From Leucoraja erinacea (taxonomy: Eukaryota): a DNA stretch of 64,000 bases. The translations under genes were made by a program, and so were the position numbers. Under the pieces are notes generated by a model that worked only from the letters and a program-made list of their open reading frames with translations, did not search any database and was not told the DNA's origin. Shown in pieces: positions 11,927 to 25,105 of this stretch (its first letter is position 1; the number at the start of each line of letters is the position of its first letter). The stretch lies in contig NW_026576090.1 of assembly GCF_028641065.1 (NCBI RefSeq), positions 62,001 through 126,000 of the forward strand, given 5' to 3'.

Positions 11927-12825
11927 TATAGAACTCTCATTTTAACGGACCATGGTGTTGGGGGGGGATAGTATTGCCGAATAGTTATTGCCGAATGTCC
12001 ACTTTAAACAAGTAAGGTTTTATCCATGTATGTAGTTGAAACAAAGAATGCAGATGCTGGTTAATATATAAAAAGACACAAAGTGCTGGAGTAACAACTG
12101 ATCAGGGAGCATCTCTGGAGAACATCGATAGGTGAGGTGGGGACTCTTTTTCAGATGGATACAGTCAGCTGGGTTACTCAAGCACTTTGTGTCGTTTCAC
12201 CTTAAAACCAGGCGCCAATGCCTCTGCTCTGCACCAGCGAGTCCTCCTTCATCCACCGCACGGTCCGATGACACAGCTGTGGTTGTCGCTCACATTGTAG
12301 CCTCTGGCTGGCAGTGCTTTCTTCAGGCCGCTGCCACTGACAGGGTGCACGGTCACCATGGGGCACCCTCTCCTCTCACCAGCTGCTGCTTCCAAGGTGC
12401 AGTATGTTGGTGACTCCAGGGATGAAATGGTGGTGGAGGGGGGAGGGGGAAGAGGCCAAGTGGACAGAGCGAGGGGAGGACGAGGGGGAGATGGCGGTCG
12501 AGCAGGGAGTGGACAAAGTGAAGAGCCGACAGGTTGAAGCAGCAGCAGCTGTGAGGGGAGGGAGCCTCATGGTGACCATGCATATCCTGTCGCGGACAGC
12601 AGCTTGAAGAAAGCGCTCATCTTGGGGGCTCCATGAGCCGCAACAACAGCAGCATCACGGACCATACGGTGGGTGAAGAAGGGCTCACTTGTGAGTTGGG
12701 GGTGGAGTTGGAAGCCAGGGCTCTAAGCGGTCAGGAGCCATGAGTGGCAGGGTGGTATCGGCAGGTCTGTCCGCTATATCCTAAATCTGTTATAAAAGGG
12801 TCCGTTAAAACGAGGGTTTACTGTA
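11927..12825. mobile_element. Putative pogo/Tigger-like non-autonomous DNA transposon
   Basis: Imperfect TIRs TA|TAGAACTCTCATTTTAACGGAC and GTCCGTTAAAACGAGGGTTTACTG|TA, each flanked by TA. Confidence 0.5.
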
Positions 12826-12869
12826 TCAATTCCCTGACTCATGAAGAGCTTTTTTTAGAGTAGAATATA

Positions 12870-13300
12870 GAATAGTTTCTTTATTGTCATTGTAACATGA
12901 ACCATGTACAACAAAATTTTAAAATGTCAGCCAGTCAGTGCACCATTCAAACATTTCTAAAAGCTAACGATACATACAAGGTAAAATATTAAAAAAAGAT
13001 AAACAACTAAAATAAATATCATGAAAATAGCACGCATAAACACCCAACCCTACATCCTTCTGTCGATTTCACAGTGTACCACAGTCCCTTAGTATGTCCT
13101 TTATAATACTCTGGGATTTTTTGATGCAGCAGGAACTGTGTAAGTCGTCCAAGGTAAGGAGAGGGCAGCCGACAATCCTCTGGGCGTTGTCAATGGCCCT
13201 CTGGAGCGCTTTCCTCAGAGCCGCTGTGCAGCTGGTGTACCATACACATATACAGTATGTTAGGATGCTCTCAATGGAGCACCGATAAAAGGACAGCAAC
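12870..13300 (-). mobile_element. Rex1/Babar LINE 3' fragment
   Basis: FYRCSIESILTYCICVWY..RKALQR motif. Confidence 0.75.
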
Positions 13301-13746
13301 CTATTTACCTGTGACAACACTTCCTGGGATCTGTGTACCTGTACTCCAAGATCCCTTAGTTGTACAACACTCCCCAGGCCCCAGCATTGAGGAAGGTCCA
13401 CAACAGGCCAGATCCAGCACCATTTAGCCCGGTGGTTGTGGATATGGTCCATCTGGCACCGTACCGTGTGTTTCCTGACCTGGGACACATCACCCACAGT
13501 ACAGGCCGGTTTGTCCCTCTGGTTGGCAGAGGTTGCCTCCACAGTGGCCGGTGTGAGATCAGCATTTCACTGCTTGGTCATGCACGGTGTGAAAGGGATT
13601 TGGAAATAAACCATTTCTCTGCTCTGCCTGGCCTTCTCTCAGCCTGAATCACCTGCATTTACTCAGCAATCTGCATGAACCTGTTACAAGGCGCTGGTAA
13701 TAATCCATTTACTACAGAACCAACTGTTAATTTATTTACATTTCAG

Positions 13747-14055
13747 AGGATGAGGCCTTGCCTTCAGTCCATATGACCTCTTCCTGCAACACAGAATCTG
13801 AGCAAGAGATCAGCATCCTCTGTCTGGTCAAAGACTACCAGCCTGAGATCATCAGTCAGACATGGTCCACCAGCAGTGGGGACATCACCACTGGAATCAC
13901 AAAGTACCCACCAGTGTTGGGACAAAACAACAAGTACACAATGAGCAGCTTGCTGCGAGTCCCTGTGGCAGCTTGGAACAGGAAAACCGTCTACTACTGC
14001 AAGGCAGGATACAAGCCGGCCAACATGGTGAAAACGGAGATCCAGAAGCCTCAAG
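13747..14055 (+). CDS. IgW: IgW CH1 exon
   Basis: TTTCAG| EDEALPSVHMTSSCNTE..ILCLVKDYQPE..TW..MSSLLRVP..YYCKAG..QKPQ-G|GTTAG. C1-set domain with an extra N-terminal Cys suited to light-chain linkage. Confidence 0.96.
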
Positions 14056-14382
14056 GTTAGTATGAGATTTTGTTGTCTATTTAAAGCAGACGATAGAACT
14101 GAAGTGGAAGACTTTGTCGAACAATGTAGGAGGAAGTGAATTAATTATGTTGCTCATTCATTCTCCTCCTGTCAGCCAGAGTGCTGCTGCTCAAGGAAAA
14201 AGACAGTGAGAATTTATGTGGAAGGAGATAATGGTGGGGGGGGGATTCACGGAGGAACCATCTCGTCTTGATCTGCCTCCATTCTATCCACTGCTTTGTC
14301 TAATTTCTGCAGCTCTCTACCACCCCAAACACCTCCCTCCAGATCAGCTACTGTGCACACAATGCACAAAGAACCTGGCGCC

Positions 14383-15232
14383 TAAAACCAAGCCCAGTGT
14401 GTTCCACCTCCATAATGCAGAAGCCACAAGAGAACCAAACATCTATCTGAGCAGGACCAAACTGAAGTATGCCCCCACTCCAACCTACCTCGGAGTGACC
14501 CTTGACAGGACCCTATCCTTCAAGGAACATCTCAAAAGAACAGCAGCTAAGGTGAAGTCCAGAAACAATCTCCTCAGTAAGCTTGCTGGCTCAAAGTGGG
14601 GGGCAGCAGCCCCCACACTGCACATTTCAGCACTAGCCCTTGCATTTTCTTCAGCCGAATAGTGTGCCCCTGTTTGGTCCAGGTCATCCCACACACACCA
14701 TGTGGACACTCAACTGAACTCAACAATGAGGATCATCACAGGAACAATCTGCTCAACACCACTCCCCTGGCTCCCTGTCCTATCCAACATAGCCCCTCCA
14801 CACATCCGGCGAGTAGTCCTCACTCAAAGGATGCTCCAAAAGACCAAAAACTCCCCTCACCTGCCAATTCACATGGACATCTTCAACCCACCCACCACCA
14901 GCTGATTTCACCATCCAATCAGCTTGGAAAAAGGATGTACCAAATAAACATCTGGTGTCAGACCCCACCCTACCGGTCCCTGGCACCAATCTCCCAAGGA
15001 AGCAGTGGACAACGCTGAATAGATTCAGGACTGGACATGGCCCCTGCTTGGCCAGCCTTCACAAATGGGGCAGCAGTCCAACCCCACGGTGTGCTTGTGG
15101 AGAGCAGCAAACAATGCAACACATCATTGAAGCATGCCCTCAACAAAGACTCAAAGGAGGACTTGTCACCCTTCATACAGCAGATCAAGAGGCAACTGCT
15201 TGGCTAAAGGACTTTGCATTCGCTAAATAACT
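14383..15232 (+). mobile_element. Vingi/Ingi-like (I-group) LINE 3' fragment
   Basis: YLGVTLDRTLSFKEHL..SRNNLLSKLAGSKWGA..AE*CAPVWSRSSH..TPLPWLPVLSNIAPP; RKQWTTLNRFRTGHG..CACGEQQTMQHIIEACP (zinc knuckle). Confidence 0.7.
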
Positions 15233-16169
15233 GTGCAGAGAGCCACACCTATTGTGCCCGTGCACAGTGTGGAGATTTAAACCTTCCTCACTCTTCCTGC
15301 ACTTTCCTCTCAACCCTGCAGCTGACCCCTCACCAAGTGAAATCCAGTCTCCTTGTGGAAATGACATGAATCTGCTTCCACTCACACTTTTAACCACTGC
15401 GTTCCAGTTCTGATCAAATCATTGCTGCCACATAACAAAATAAGTTTCTCTTGTCCATCTGACCTCCTTTCCCATTGAACTTAAAGTTGTGTACGAAGGA
15501 ACTGCAGATGCTGGTTTAAAGCGAAGATAGACGGCTGGAGTAACTCAGCGGGTCAGACAGCATCTCTGGAGAAAAGGAGTAGGTGACGTTTCGGGATGAG
15601 ACCTTTCTTCAGACTGAGAGTCGGTGAAAGGGAATAGAGAGATATAGATGGTGATATAGAGAGATATAGAACTAATGAACTAAAGATATGCAAAAAAGTA
15701 ATGCTGATAAAGGAAACTGGCCATTGTTAGCTGTGGGCTAGATTAAAACGAGTTACAGACAACGTAGAGGTGATGGCAACTTAAAGTTGTGATTCCCAAA
15801 CCTCCTGCCAGTGGAAACAGTTGTCACATCTGTTCCTGCTCACTGGAACTGGTGATGGCCATGCTGTTCCTGTGTCTGCTCCAGCACACACTGAGATCAC
15901 GGATGGTCTGTACGCCACTTACCCACCTGCACCCTTACCACTGCAGAGTGGACCACACTGCTGGGGAGGCCTGGGTTCTAACCCAGCCTCCCAATCCCAG
16001 CTCTGACCAGCATCTGACTGTGGGACCCACCATATCAACACATCACCGGCATTTCACCAGCATTGTGGGGAGGGCAGATACTGGGGCTCTTGTCCCAGAT
16101 GTTAGGAGAGTGGAATCCTACACTGTGGCTGAAGGAATCATGTAATAACAGGTATTAAATATGTTACAG

Positions 16170-16469
16170 CTCCACAGCTCATCCCCCTTGTTCCATCCGC
16201 GGAGGTTCTCCACAATCAAACAACTGCTGCCCTGGGCTGCATGATATCCGGATTCTTTCCTAACAATGTTAAAGTTTCCTGGAAAAAATCTGGACTTAAT
16301 CAAGCGGGCGTCGTTCTCCCGTCCACTCCGGGAACTAACGGTAGATTTGAAACAGTTGCTTACCTGCGGTTGCGTGTGGAGGAATGGACCAACAAACAGG
16401 AATATACTTGTGAAGTGACTCATGCACCTTCCGGCTTCAGCGACAGGATCAACATGAGATATCAAGAGG
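16170..16469 (+). CDS. IgW: IgW CH2 exon
   Basis: TTACAG| APQLIPLVPS..LGCMISGFFPNNVKVSWKK..EEWTNKQEYTCEVTHAPSG..YQE-G|GTGAGT. Confidence 0.96.
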
Positions 16470-17076
16470 GTGAGTGGTGTCTGTTAATTTACTTACAGTA
16501 TTAAACAAACTTACTGACATTTCCACTAAATTCCTGTCCCTGAGATCAGTCCTGTTGAGCAATGTATTATCTTCAGATTTGGCTTTTTTGCAATTTAAAC
16601 CAATGCTTTCCATCAGTAATTCTAACTCGTTCTACAGGACATGTAGAGAGGAAGGTCACCAGTGTGTTTACTCTCACTCCTCTAGTCTAGTTGCCTGTGT
16701 GTGCAGTGGTAAGAAAAATGGGACAGTGAAAAAACCACGGGTCCCATCCTATCTGGAGAAAATCTCACTTCCCTTCTCACTGTCTTCTTTGTGTTAGTTT
16801 CTCCAAATCCATCTTTTTCCACTGTTTCCTGAGAGTCTGTTCTGTAGATTTTCCTTTCATTGACATGTCGGTGCCCTGGATTATTTTTGAACTCATCTCC
16901 ACCATCTTTAAAGTGTTGTCTGATCCTGGACAAAGTGAAGCAGTTTATCATGGTCGGCATAATCTCATGCTGATGAATACTGAGGACACAGACTGGGAAT
17001 ATGTGGATCTCCAGTTTCCTCAACACAGGTGGTGAAAATCTCTTCACATTTAAACCAATGAATCTTCCATTTCCAG

Positions 17077-17204
17077 GTGGAGAATGTCCCGGCTGTTCGA
17101 AGTGTCTGCCAAAGTTCATCTACCAGAATAATGTCAATGTGACATTCTCAGATGGTTCTACCCAGCAGTATCATTGTTGGGCAGGAAAGTGTGAAATAAA
17201 GTAA
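17077..17204 (+). CDS. IgW: IgW short-form (IgX-type) cysteine-rich secretory tail exon
   Basis: TTCCAG| GGECPGCSKCLPKFIYQNNVNVTFSDGSTQQYHCWAGKCEIK*; phase 1, five Cys. AATAAA at 17195-17200 and 17498-17503. Confidence 0.9.
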
Positions 17205-19293
17205 TTGACTGCGTATGGAATTTGTCATTCTATTATTACAACCCATTTATAAGATTCAAATCCAACCTCTGGTATCCATTGGGATCAAAGTGTACCAGAG
17301 TGGGGGGAAGATACCCAATTCAAGCTGCCTCCCTCTCCCCTCCACTCGTTGCCTGTATACTCATTCATTTGCAGACATTTCTGCTTCACATCCCAGTGCC
17401 ACTGGCCAGATTTCTTCATGCTCGGACTCTAGTCAGCAAAAACCACCCAGAGATGTTTAAGGTGAAAGTGGCTCAGAAAAAAATTGGGTGACCCTTTAAT
17501 AAAGGCAAACTGGTGAGGCAAGATCCAGGGCTCTAACTGGTCTCCTGTCCAATACTGGCTTTGGGTGAAAACTGTGGTTAGCACAAATTGCCACAGATTT
17601 ATTAACCCACCTCCCGGACACAGACCTCAGTCCAAAGGAGAAACTCAGGGAATGCAAGGAATGTTGCAAGGAATGGACATTTTTGATTATAATCATCCAA
17701 GGATAAGCAATACAAAACGTCTCTTGTGGAAGATACCAATATTTGACAGCATGGAGAGTATCCATACTCTGCCAGGTTTCATATGAAGCCATTTCCCCCC
17801 CCCAACTGGTGGAACTACACGATTGTCACTGATATGGGACGGGATTGGGCATCTTGCAAACACATATGTATAACAATATCACATTGCTGATTAAAACAAG
17901 ATTCACAAAGCAAGAACAATGTACCCTGTTACACTAGGCTTACAAATTTCCGATGACACTGCAACAACTGTCATCCACACTAATATCACGCCCATAACTA
18001 TTTTTGAAAGGAATTTGCTCGCCATTTTGCTTAATGAAGGAGGGGTTGTGAAATAGACAACATCGTACATTGACAAATGTTATGTCTCCTGTCAGACAGA
18101 CACAGTGTATGATCTCTGCGTTCTACGCAGCTGAAGGCTTTGACCTCCAGGCTCACTGAAAGTTTCAATTCTGACACAAATGTAATCGCCCTCCACAATA
18201 ACTGTTTGAGAGCAAAAACAGCTCATGTGGCCCAAGTGACTGAGTGTGTAAACAGTGCACACACAAGAGTGAGCTGAGTGGAACTAGACTCATGATGCTG
18301 CTTCAGAAGACAAGTGGCAGTGCAGGTCAGTCAGGGGCAATGAATGAATAAATCATTCTCTTCCTCGCCCAATGATTCTGAAATGGGAAAATACATCTAA
18401 TGCAGAATTTCATCCCAATCTGCAGCAGGAGGGGGACCTTGAAACTTCTAACCATTTATGATTGGCTCTGCTGTCGCTGGAGAGTCAGTCACTAATTTAT
18501 TTCAGATTGTTTCTATCAATTACTGAGACGCCTCAAAGTCTTCACTGGAGCACAAGTCACACTAAACTGACACTAGTCTGTAGCCATTTTGCTACAGGTG
18601 TGGAGTTGCGACTGGCCAGATGTGCAGAAGTGAACTATCGACATGCGTCACCACCAACGGAAGCGTTTTACGTCAGAATGCATTTATTAATAGAATTCAA
18701 ATTCCCAGATCATGGGTTGGAATTTTGAGCTCATGTCACCAGACATCTGGATTGACATTTACCGTCACTCTGCAACGTGACACAGCAAGTGGTACAAAGG
18801 GGAAAGGTGTGCGGGCTTACGAGTGCCCAGAGTTGGGAGAATGCCACCTTTACTGAAGGTTGTGTTTGTGGTGAAGGTTTCAGTGATGGTGAGACACATG
18901 GTCAGAGTAAGACTGCCATATCAGCATGTGACATTTTTAAACTGAGGGAATCCCAGGCTTGGCCCCACAGGGAGAAAAGTTGCTCAGTACTACTAATCGA
19001 TGCTGCAGGGGTTCCAAGCAAAGCACATATCAAATTGTGCCCCTTTAATGTACCAGCTGATCATGGTGATGGGAAAGAGAGTCAAATCCCAGTTGACGGT
19101 TCCTTTGTTCTGTTTCTTCAGTCAAAACACCCAACCCTGCTATTTAACATAAGTTTTTCTGCTATTCTGTTTGCAATAAATCTAGCCAGTGTATCTTTGA
19201 TCTGCCATTGATCAGTCTTTTATGTGATGACATAAACATGTTAAGGTTCTTTTATAAGACACCTGTTTGGATTTCTGCCCTGGCTTTCCATTA

Positions 19294-19571
19294 AGAGGCT
19301 GAGCCACTTACACGACTATTTTGGCGACTGCCAGCACCCGCCATAGTCGCAGCAGGTCGCCGAAAATGTTCAACATGTTGAAAATTCAGCGGCGACCAGA
19401 AAGACTCTATGGGCGACTGAGGAGACGACTCACGACCATACAGGTGACACACTGACGACATGTCATGGGGTGAAGCCTGTATGGTCATGAGTAGTCGTCC
19501 AATGCGACCTGCAACAACCTACGACAGGTGCCGGCAGTCGCCGAAAAAGTTGCGTAAGTGGGACAGGCCCT
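19294..19571. mobile_element. Harbinger-family MITE
   Basis: TTA target duplication; degenerate left TIR AGAGGCTGAGCCACTTAC and right TIR CGTAAGTGGGACAGGCCCT. Confidence 0.8.
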
Positions 19572-19627
19572 TTAGTAACAGATGAGTCTCAACTAAAATT
19601 CTGAACTTCTCCATTTCTGATCCACAG

Positions 19628-19930
19628 AATTGTCCGTCTTCATTCAAAATCCTGGCATGAAAGAGATTTGGATCAACAAGACTGCTACGCTGGTGTGTTC
19701 AGTGATCTGTAGTGATCTGAGCCAGGTCCATCTCACCTGGAAGGTGGGAGGAAAGGAGAGAAGTGAAGGAGTTGTGACCCGTACACCGAGCCATGAAGGC
19801 ACCCGAAACGCAATGATCAGTGAACTCCGGACCAGCGTGGAGGAGTGGACCAGCGGGGTGGAGTTTGTGTGCTTCGCCCAACGATCTCCATCATCCTCAC
19901 CAGTGTCAGCGCGGACCAACCATAACAAAG
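19628..19930 (+). CDS. IgW: IgW CH3 exon
   Basis: CCACAG| ELSVFIQNPGMKEIWINKTATLVC..LTWKVGG..EEWTSGVEFVCFAQ..NHNK-G|GTGGGC. Confidence 0.95.
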
Positions 19931-20473
19931 GTGGGCAACAGATCAGTGATTAAATGGCCGTGACAGAGAGAGAGAGAGGGTACAGAGAGGATTTACAAGC
20001 ATGTTGCCAGGGCTAGAGAGCTATAAGGAGAGGTTGAGTGGGCTGGCACTCTATTCCTTGGAGCGTAGGAGGATGAGGGAATATCTTATTGAGGTGTATA
20101 AAATCATGAGAGAAATAGATTGGATAGATGCACAGAGTAGGTGAATTGAGGACCAGAGGACATAGGTTTAAGGTGAAGGGGAAAAGATTGAATAGGAATC
20201 TGAGGGGTAACTTTTCCACGCAAAGGGCGGTGGATGTATGAAACGAGCTGCCAGAGGGGGTAGTTGAGGCAGGGACTATCCTAACATTAAAAAAACAGAC
20301 AGGTACATGGATAAGACAGGTTTGGAGGGATATGGACCAAACACGGCAGGTGAGACTAGTGTAACTGGGACATGTTGGCCGGGGTGGGCAAGTTGGGCTG
20401 GAGGGTCTGTTTCCACACTGTATCACTCTATGACTCTATGATAGAGTTTAACATTTATTTTCCTCTGTTCCAG

Positions 20474-20791
20474 TTGAGCCAAAAAAACCTGAAGTCAGAC
20501 TGCTGCTTCCAGCACACGCAGAGACCAAGCCTAGCCACAAGGTCACCCTCGAGTGTGTGGTCTCTGGATTCTACCCAGACCTCATCAACGTCACTTGGAG
20601 TAAAGACGGTGCCCTGATCTCCAACAACACCAGCGTTGCACCAACTGCTCTGGAGCAGGGGGGCACTTTCAGTGCCAGCCACTTCCTGACCATGAACACA
20701 GAGGATTGGAAGTCAGGCTCACACTTCAATTGTACAGTGCATCATGGCGCCTCCAACACCATCATCACGAAGGATGTGAAGAACATCCAAG
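20474..20791 (+). CDS. IgW: IgW CH4 exon
   Basis: TTCCAG| VEPKKPEVRLLLP..LECVVSGFYPDLINVTW..EDWKSGSHFNCTVHH..KNIQ-G|GTAGG. Confidence 0.95.
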
Positions 20792-20919
20792 GTAGGCTCC
20801 TGGGATTCACTCCATTCTCCACATTGTAAACTGTGCCACCCATGGGCAGCACTGTAACACTGTGTAGTCCTGTTGTGGGCTTGTCAGTGAGTCTGGCCAC
20901 AGAAATAATTGTATCTTTT

Positions 20920-22340
20920 AGATTAGATTAGATTCAACTTTATTGTCATTGCACAAATACGAGTACAGGTACAACAAAATGCAGTTTAGCATCGAATCAG
21001 AGTGCAAAGTAGTAAAAATACTGGTTAAAACAATTTGTACAATGTGGGTAAATTAATCTAGGACATAGGCAAATAAATATATACAGATAAAAGATAGCTA
21101 GCGTCGGGCCCGTGAGTTCAGCAGGGTAATGGTATTTTGGAAGAAACTGTTCCTCAGCCTGCTGGTGCGAGACCCGAGGCTCCTGTACCGCCTCCCTGAT
21201 GGGAGGAGGGCAAACAGTCCATGGTTGGGGTGTGAGGGGTCCTTAATGATTTTCCCAGCCCGTCTCAGACACCGTGTGCGGACGAGGGCAGCCATGGCAG
21301 GGAGCGGGGCACCGATGATGCCACCCGTTGCAGTGCCTTCCTGTCAGCTGTGGTGCAGCTGCTGTACCATACCGTGAAGCAGGTGGTCAGGATGCTTTCG
21401 ATGGTTCAGCGGTAGAAGTTGGACAGGATCTGGGGGGACAGGTGAACTTTCTTAAGCCTCCTCAGATAGTAGAGGCGCTGCTGCGCCTTTTTAATCAGTT
21501 TAGTGGTGTTGAGGGACCAGGACAGATCCTCTGAGATGTGTACCCCGAGGAATTTGTAGTTGGAGACGCGCTCCACCTCAGTCCCGTTTATGTGGATGGG
21601 GGTATGTCTGCCCCCTCTGGTCTTCCGGAAGTCTACGATGATTTTCTTCGTCTTCTTTGAGTTGAGGGCGAGGTTGTTATTGGTACACCAAGCTGCCAGG
21701 TGCTGGACCTCCTCCCTGTAGGCTGATTTGTTATTGTCCTTGATCAGTTGTCGGCAAATTTAATGATGGCGTTGGAGCCATACATAGGGACACAGTCATG
21801 GGTGAAGAGGGAGTAGAGGAGAGGGCTGAGCACACAGCCCTGAGGCACGCCGGTGTTCAGTGTCAGAGTGGAGGAGGTGAGGTTGTTGATCCTAACAGAC
21901 TGGGGTCTGTTGGTGAGGAAATCAAGTGTCCAGTTGCAGAGGGAGGTGGTGATGCCAAGTCCGCTGAGTTTGGTGATCAAGCTGGCAGGGATGACCGTGT
22001 TAAATGCAGAGCTGAAGTCAATGAACAACAACCTGATGTTGGAGTTGTTGTAGTCCAGGTGGGTCAGGGCAGAGTGAAGAGCCGCAGATATAGCATCTCC
22101 TGTTGACCGATTATGCCGAAAGGCAAACTGATGGGGGTCCAGTATGGGAGGGAGGCTGGATTTGAGGTGAGCCAGTATCAGTCTCTCAAAGCACTTCGCG
22201 ATGACGGGGGTGAGTGCCACTGGGCGAAAGTCATGTAGACTCCCTGAAGCTGACTGTTTGGGCACTGGCACAATGGTTGAGGTTTTGGGGCAAGTAGGGA
22301 CGACACCCTGGGCCAGTGACAGATTGAAAATGTCAGCGAA
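20920..22340 (-). mobile_element. Rex1/Babar LINE (RT domain to 3' end)
   Basis: ORF 21744-22271 [54 protein letters not shown]; 3' part HPNHGLFALLPSGRRYRS. Confidence 0.88.
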
Positions 22341-23296
22341 GACCAGGGATAGTTGTCCATCTTTGACATTGTTTTAGTAACTTGAGGGCAATCCAAGCCA
22401 GTCGACAGGCCAGACACGGTGGAGATCCACAATACTCTTCTTCAAAATGGTATTTTCCTCTGCCTTTGTACTTAATGGCAGTGGGTGCCTCAGCTGTCAC
22501 AGTGTCCAGCAGAGCAGCTCTCTCCCCGCCCCAGCGTGGCAACAGTCAGTCTGGGCAATGTGTAGCAGCCTCTGGAACAGGCCGGCTGCAACACACAACA
22601 TTCTGACAAAGCAGCAGGACAGTTTAGTTACACCTCATGGATACAAACTGCATTCAAACAGTTGTGACTAAATGAAAGGACACAAAGTGCTGGAGGAACT
22701 CAGCAAGTCAGGCAGCATCCCTGGAGGACATGGGGAGGTGAGGTTTGGGGACGAGACCCTTCTTCACCCCACTCCGGACCACTCACGACTAAATAAAATA
22801 TTGCCGCTGCTCCTATTTTATAATATAAAGTGAAGAACTTTCCGCTGACTGGTTAGCACGCAACAAAAGCTTTTCACTGTACCTCAGTACACGTGACAAT
22901 AAACTAAACTAAACTGAACATTTTGACCTCGAACATTAGCTCGATTTGCCTCTCCAGAGGGACTTTTATACATTTGATTCAGTAAATAGCTGATAACAGG
23001 TTCAGTGATTACAGAACTGTCAAATAATGTAAAAGTCAACTTGTTAATTCGCATTAAGGTAGTTTTCTGGGTAAGGATGTGAATTGTTAATTCACATTGT
23101 TTAGGATGTTAATTCACATTGTTTAGCAGGGTTTCCTTGTGTGATCAATAGGAAGCTTCATTCCTACACCAATGTAGATAAATCTCACTGATGTTGATGG
23201 GACCGGCATATCATTCGGTGGAGATGAGCACAAAATGTTTGAGTGACAAGCTGCTCCATCAGGGAACGATGACATAATAATTGTGATTTCTCCCAG

Positions 23297-23617
23297 ATGA
23301 ATGTTCAGATACCCGCCCCTCGGTCACTTTAAGCAAACCTTCCTTCGAAGAGATCTGGATCAACAAGACAGCCACCATTCAGTGTAAGGTGGTTCACGGT
23401 GATTTAGAGGGATTCAGGGTAACCTGGCAAGTGAATGGAATGAAGAGAGAAGACGGGGTGACAACTCGTGGTGTAGAGAGGACCGGAGGTACAGACACCA
23501 TCACCAGCGGACTGACGGTCCCCGCTGCAGAGTGGGAGAGTGGGGCTCTGTACACCTGTGTGGTGGAGGACAAGAGTTTGCCAACACCGGAGAGGAGATC
23601 CTTGGAGAAGCCGACAG
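23297..23617 (+). CDS. IgW: IgW CH5 exon
   Basis: TCCCAG| DECSDTRPSVTLSKPSFEEIWINKTATIQC..VTWQVNG..EWESGALYTCVVEDKSLP..EKPT-G|GTACG. Confidence 0.95.
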
Positions 23618-24239
23618 GTACGTGTGGACAGAGGTTGGTGCGAGTCTGATCTGAGCAAATGTACAGACTTATCACATCCAGCATAGAAAATAATTGCAGG
23701 AGCAGGCCATTCAGCCCTTCAATCCTGCACGGACATTCAATATGAGCACGGCTGATCATCCATATTCAGTACTCACTTCCTGCATTCTCTCCATATCCCT
23801 TGATCCCTTTACCCTAAGAACTGGATCCAACTCATTCTTGCATATATTTAATAATTGGGCTTCAGTGCTGTCTGGGGCAGAGAATGCCCAGGTTCACCAT
23901 TGTCTGTGTGAAGACATTTCTACCTCTCTCACACCTACACACCTTCACCTCAGACTGTCATCTCCTGGTCTGGATTCCCCAATATCTGAAACATTCTTCC
24001 TCTGCCTCACCTGTCCAATCCGGTTAAGAATTTAATAGTTTCTCTCAGACTGAGTCAGGACTGGAAGGGCAGGGAGCTTGAGGCAAAGACCAGCAGATCA
24101 TTTGAGCAGAAGGGGAGATGGAACAGACAGCGCAGGACAAGGCAGGTCCAAGGACTGAATTCCACTCTCTGTAGAGTCTCAGCATTCAGCAGTTCCTGTT
24201 GATTAACTAACCAATTTAAACTCACTAGAAGCTATAGTT

Positions 24240-24522
24240 CAGTTTAGTTTAGAGATACAGCGCAGTAACAGGCCCTTCAGCCCACCAAGTCTGGGCCGAC
24301 CAGCGATCCCAGCACACTAACACTACCTAGCACACACCAAGGACAACAACAATTAAACCAAGCCAATTAGCCTACAAACGTACGTTTTTGGAGGAAACCG
24401 GAGCACCCGGAGAAAACCCACACGGTCACGTACAAACTCCATACAGACAGCCCCATAGTCGGGATCAAACTCGTGTCTCTCGCATTGTAAGGCAGCAATT
24501 CTACCGCTGCGCCACCATGCCG
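24240..24522 (-). mobile_element. tRNA-derived SINE (elasmobranch HE1/V-SINE-like)
   Basis: Reverse complement of GGCGGCATGGTGGCGCAGCGGTAGA..GTTTGATCCC.., ending in an (AAACT)n tail. Homologous to 35828-36143. Confidence 0.75.
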
Positions 24523-24719
24523 CCCTGTAAAATGCACCAGAGCATTATTTCTATTCCACACATCCCTACAATGAGCAGAAAGCGAAAGCCTTCAGTTTCA
24601 GGTGAACTGAGGTCCCTCAGGATGTAAACGTTGTCCATGTCAGTATAAGATTGGAATGTATTGGGTAAGTACAGAATTACCGACAGATTCAGTCTAACTC
24701 AGGTTCTCTCTGTTCCCAG

Positions 24720-25105
24720 ATGGAGTTGAGAGACATCCTCAAGTCTACCTCCTCCCCCCTTCATTGGATGAGGTGGAGACGGATAAGACAGCCACCTTGA
24801 CGTGCCTGGTCACCAGATTCTCTCCTGCAGACATCTATGTGGCCTGGATGGCCAACGACACCCTTCTGAAGACAGGGATTGTGAACCAGCCCGTGACCGA
24901 GGACACCAGGAATGGGTGGAACACCATGACCAGTCAGTTGAAGGTTTCTCCAGAGGAGTGGAACAGTGGCACCACCTTCTCCTGTGTTGTGGGACACAGC
25001 TCCATCACAACCAGTCTATTCAGAAGCATCAATAAATCTCACAGCAAACCCACCCTGGTCAATGTCTCACTTGTTCTGACTGATAGCTTTAAATCTTGTG
25101 TGTAA
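24720..25105 (+). CDS. IgW: IgW CH6 plus long-form secretory tailpiece
   Basis: TCCCAG| DGVERHPQVYLLPPS..TLTCLVTRFSPADIYVAW..EEWNSGTTFSCVVGH..SINKSH-SKPTLVNVSLVLTDSFKSCV*. Mu-type tail with NVS sequon and penultimate Cys. AATAAA at 25373-25378. Confidence 0.96.

Noticed and set aside
13747-25105. Calling the locus IgM or IgNAR
   Set aside because: A conventional VH, a CH1 with light-chain Cys, six C domains and a Cys-rich tail after CH2 fit IgW/IgX, not four-domain IgM or CH1-less IgNAR.
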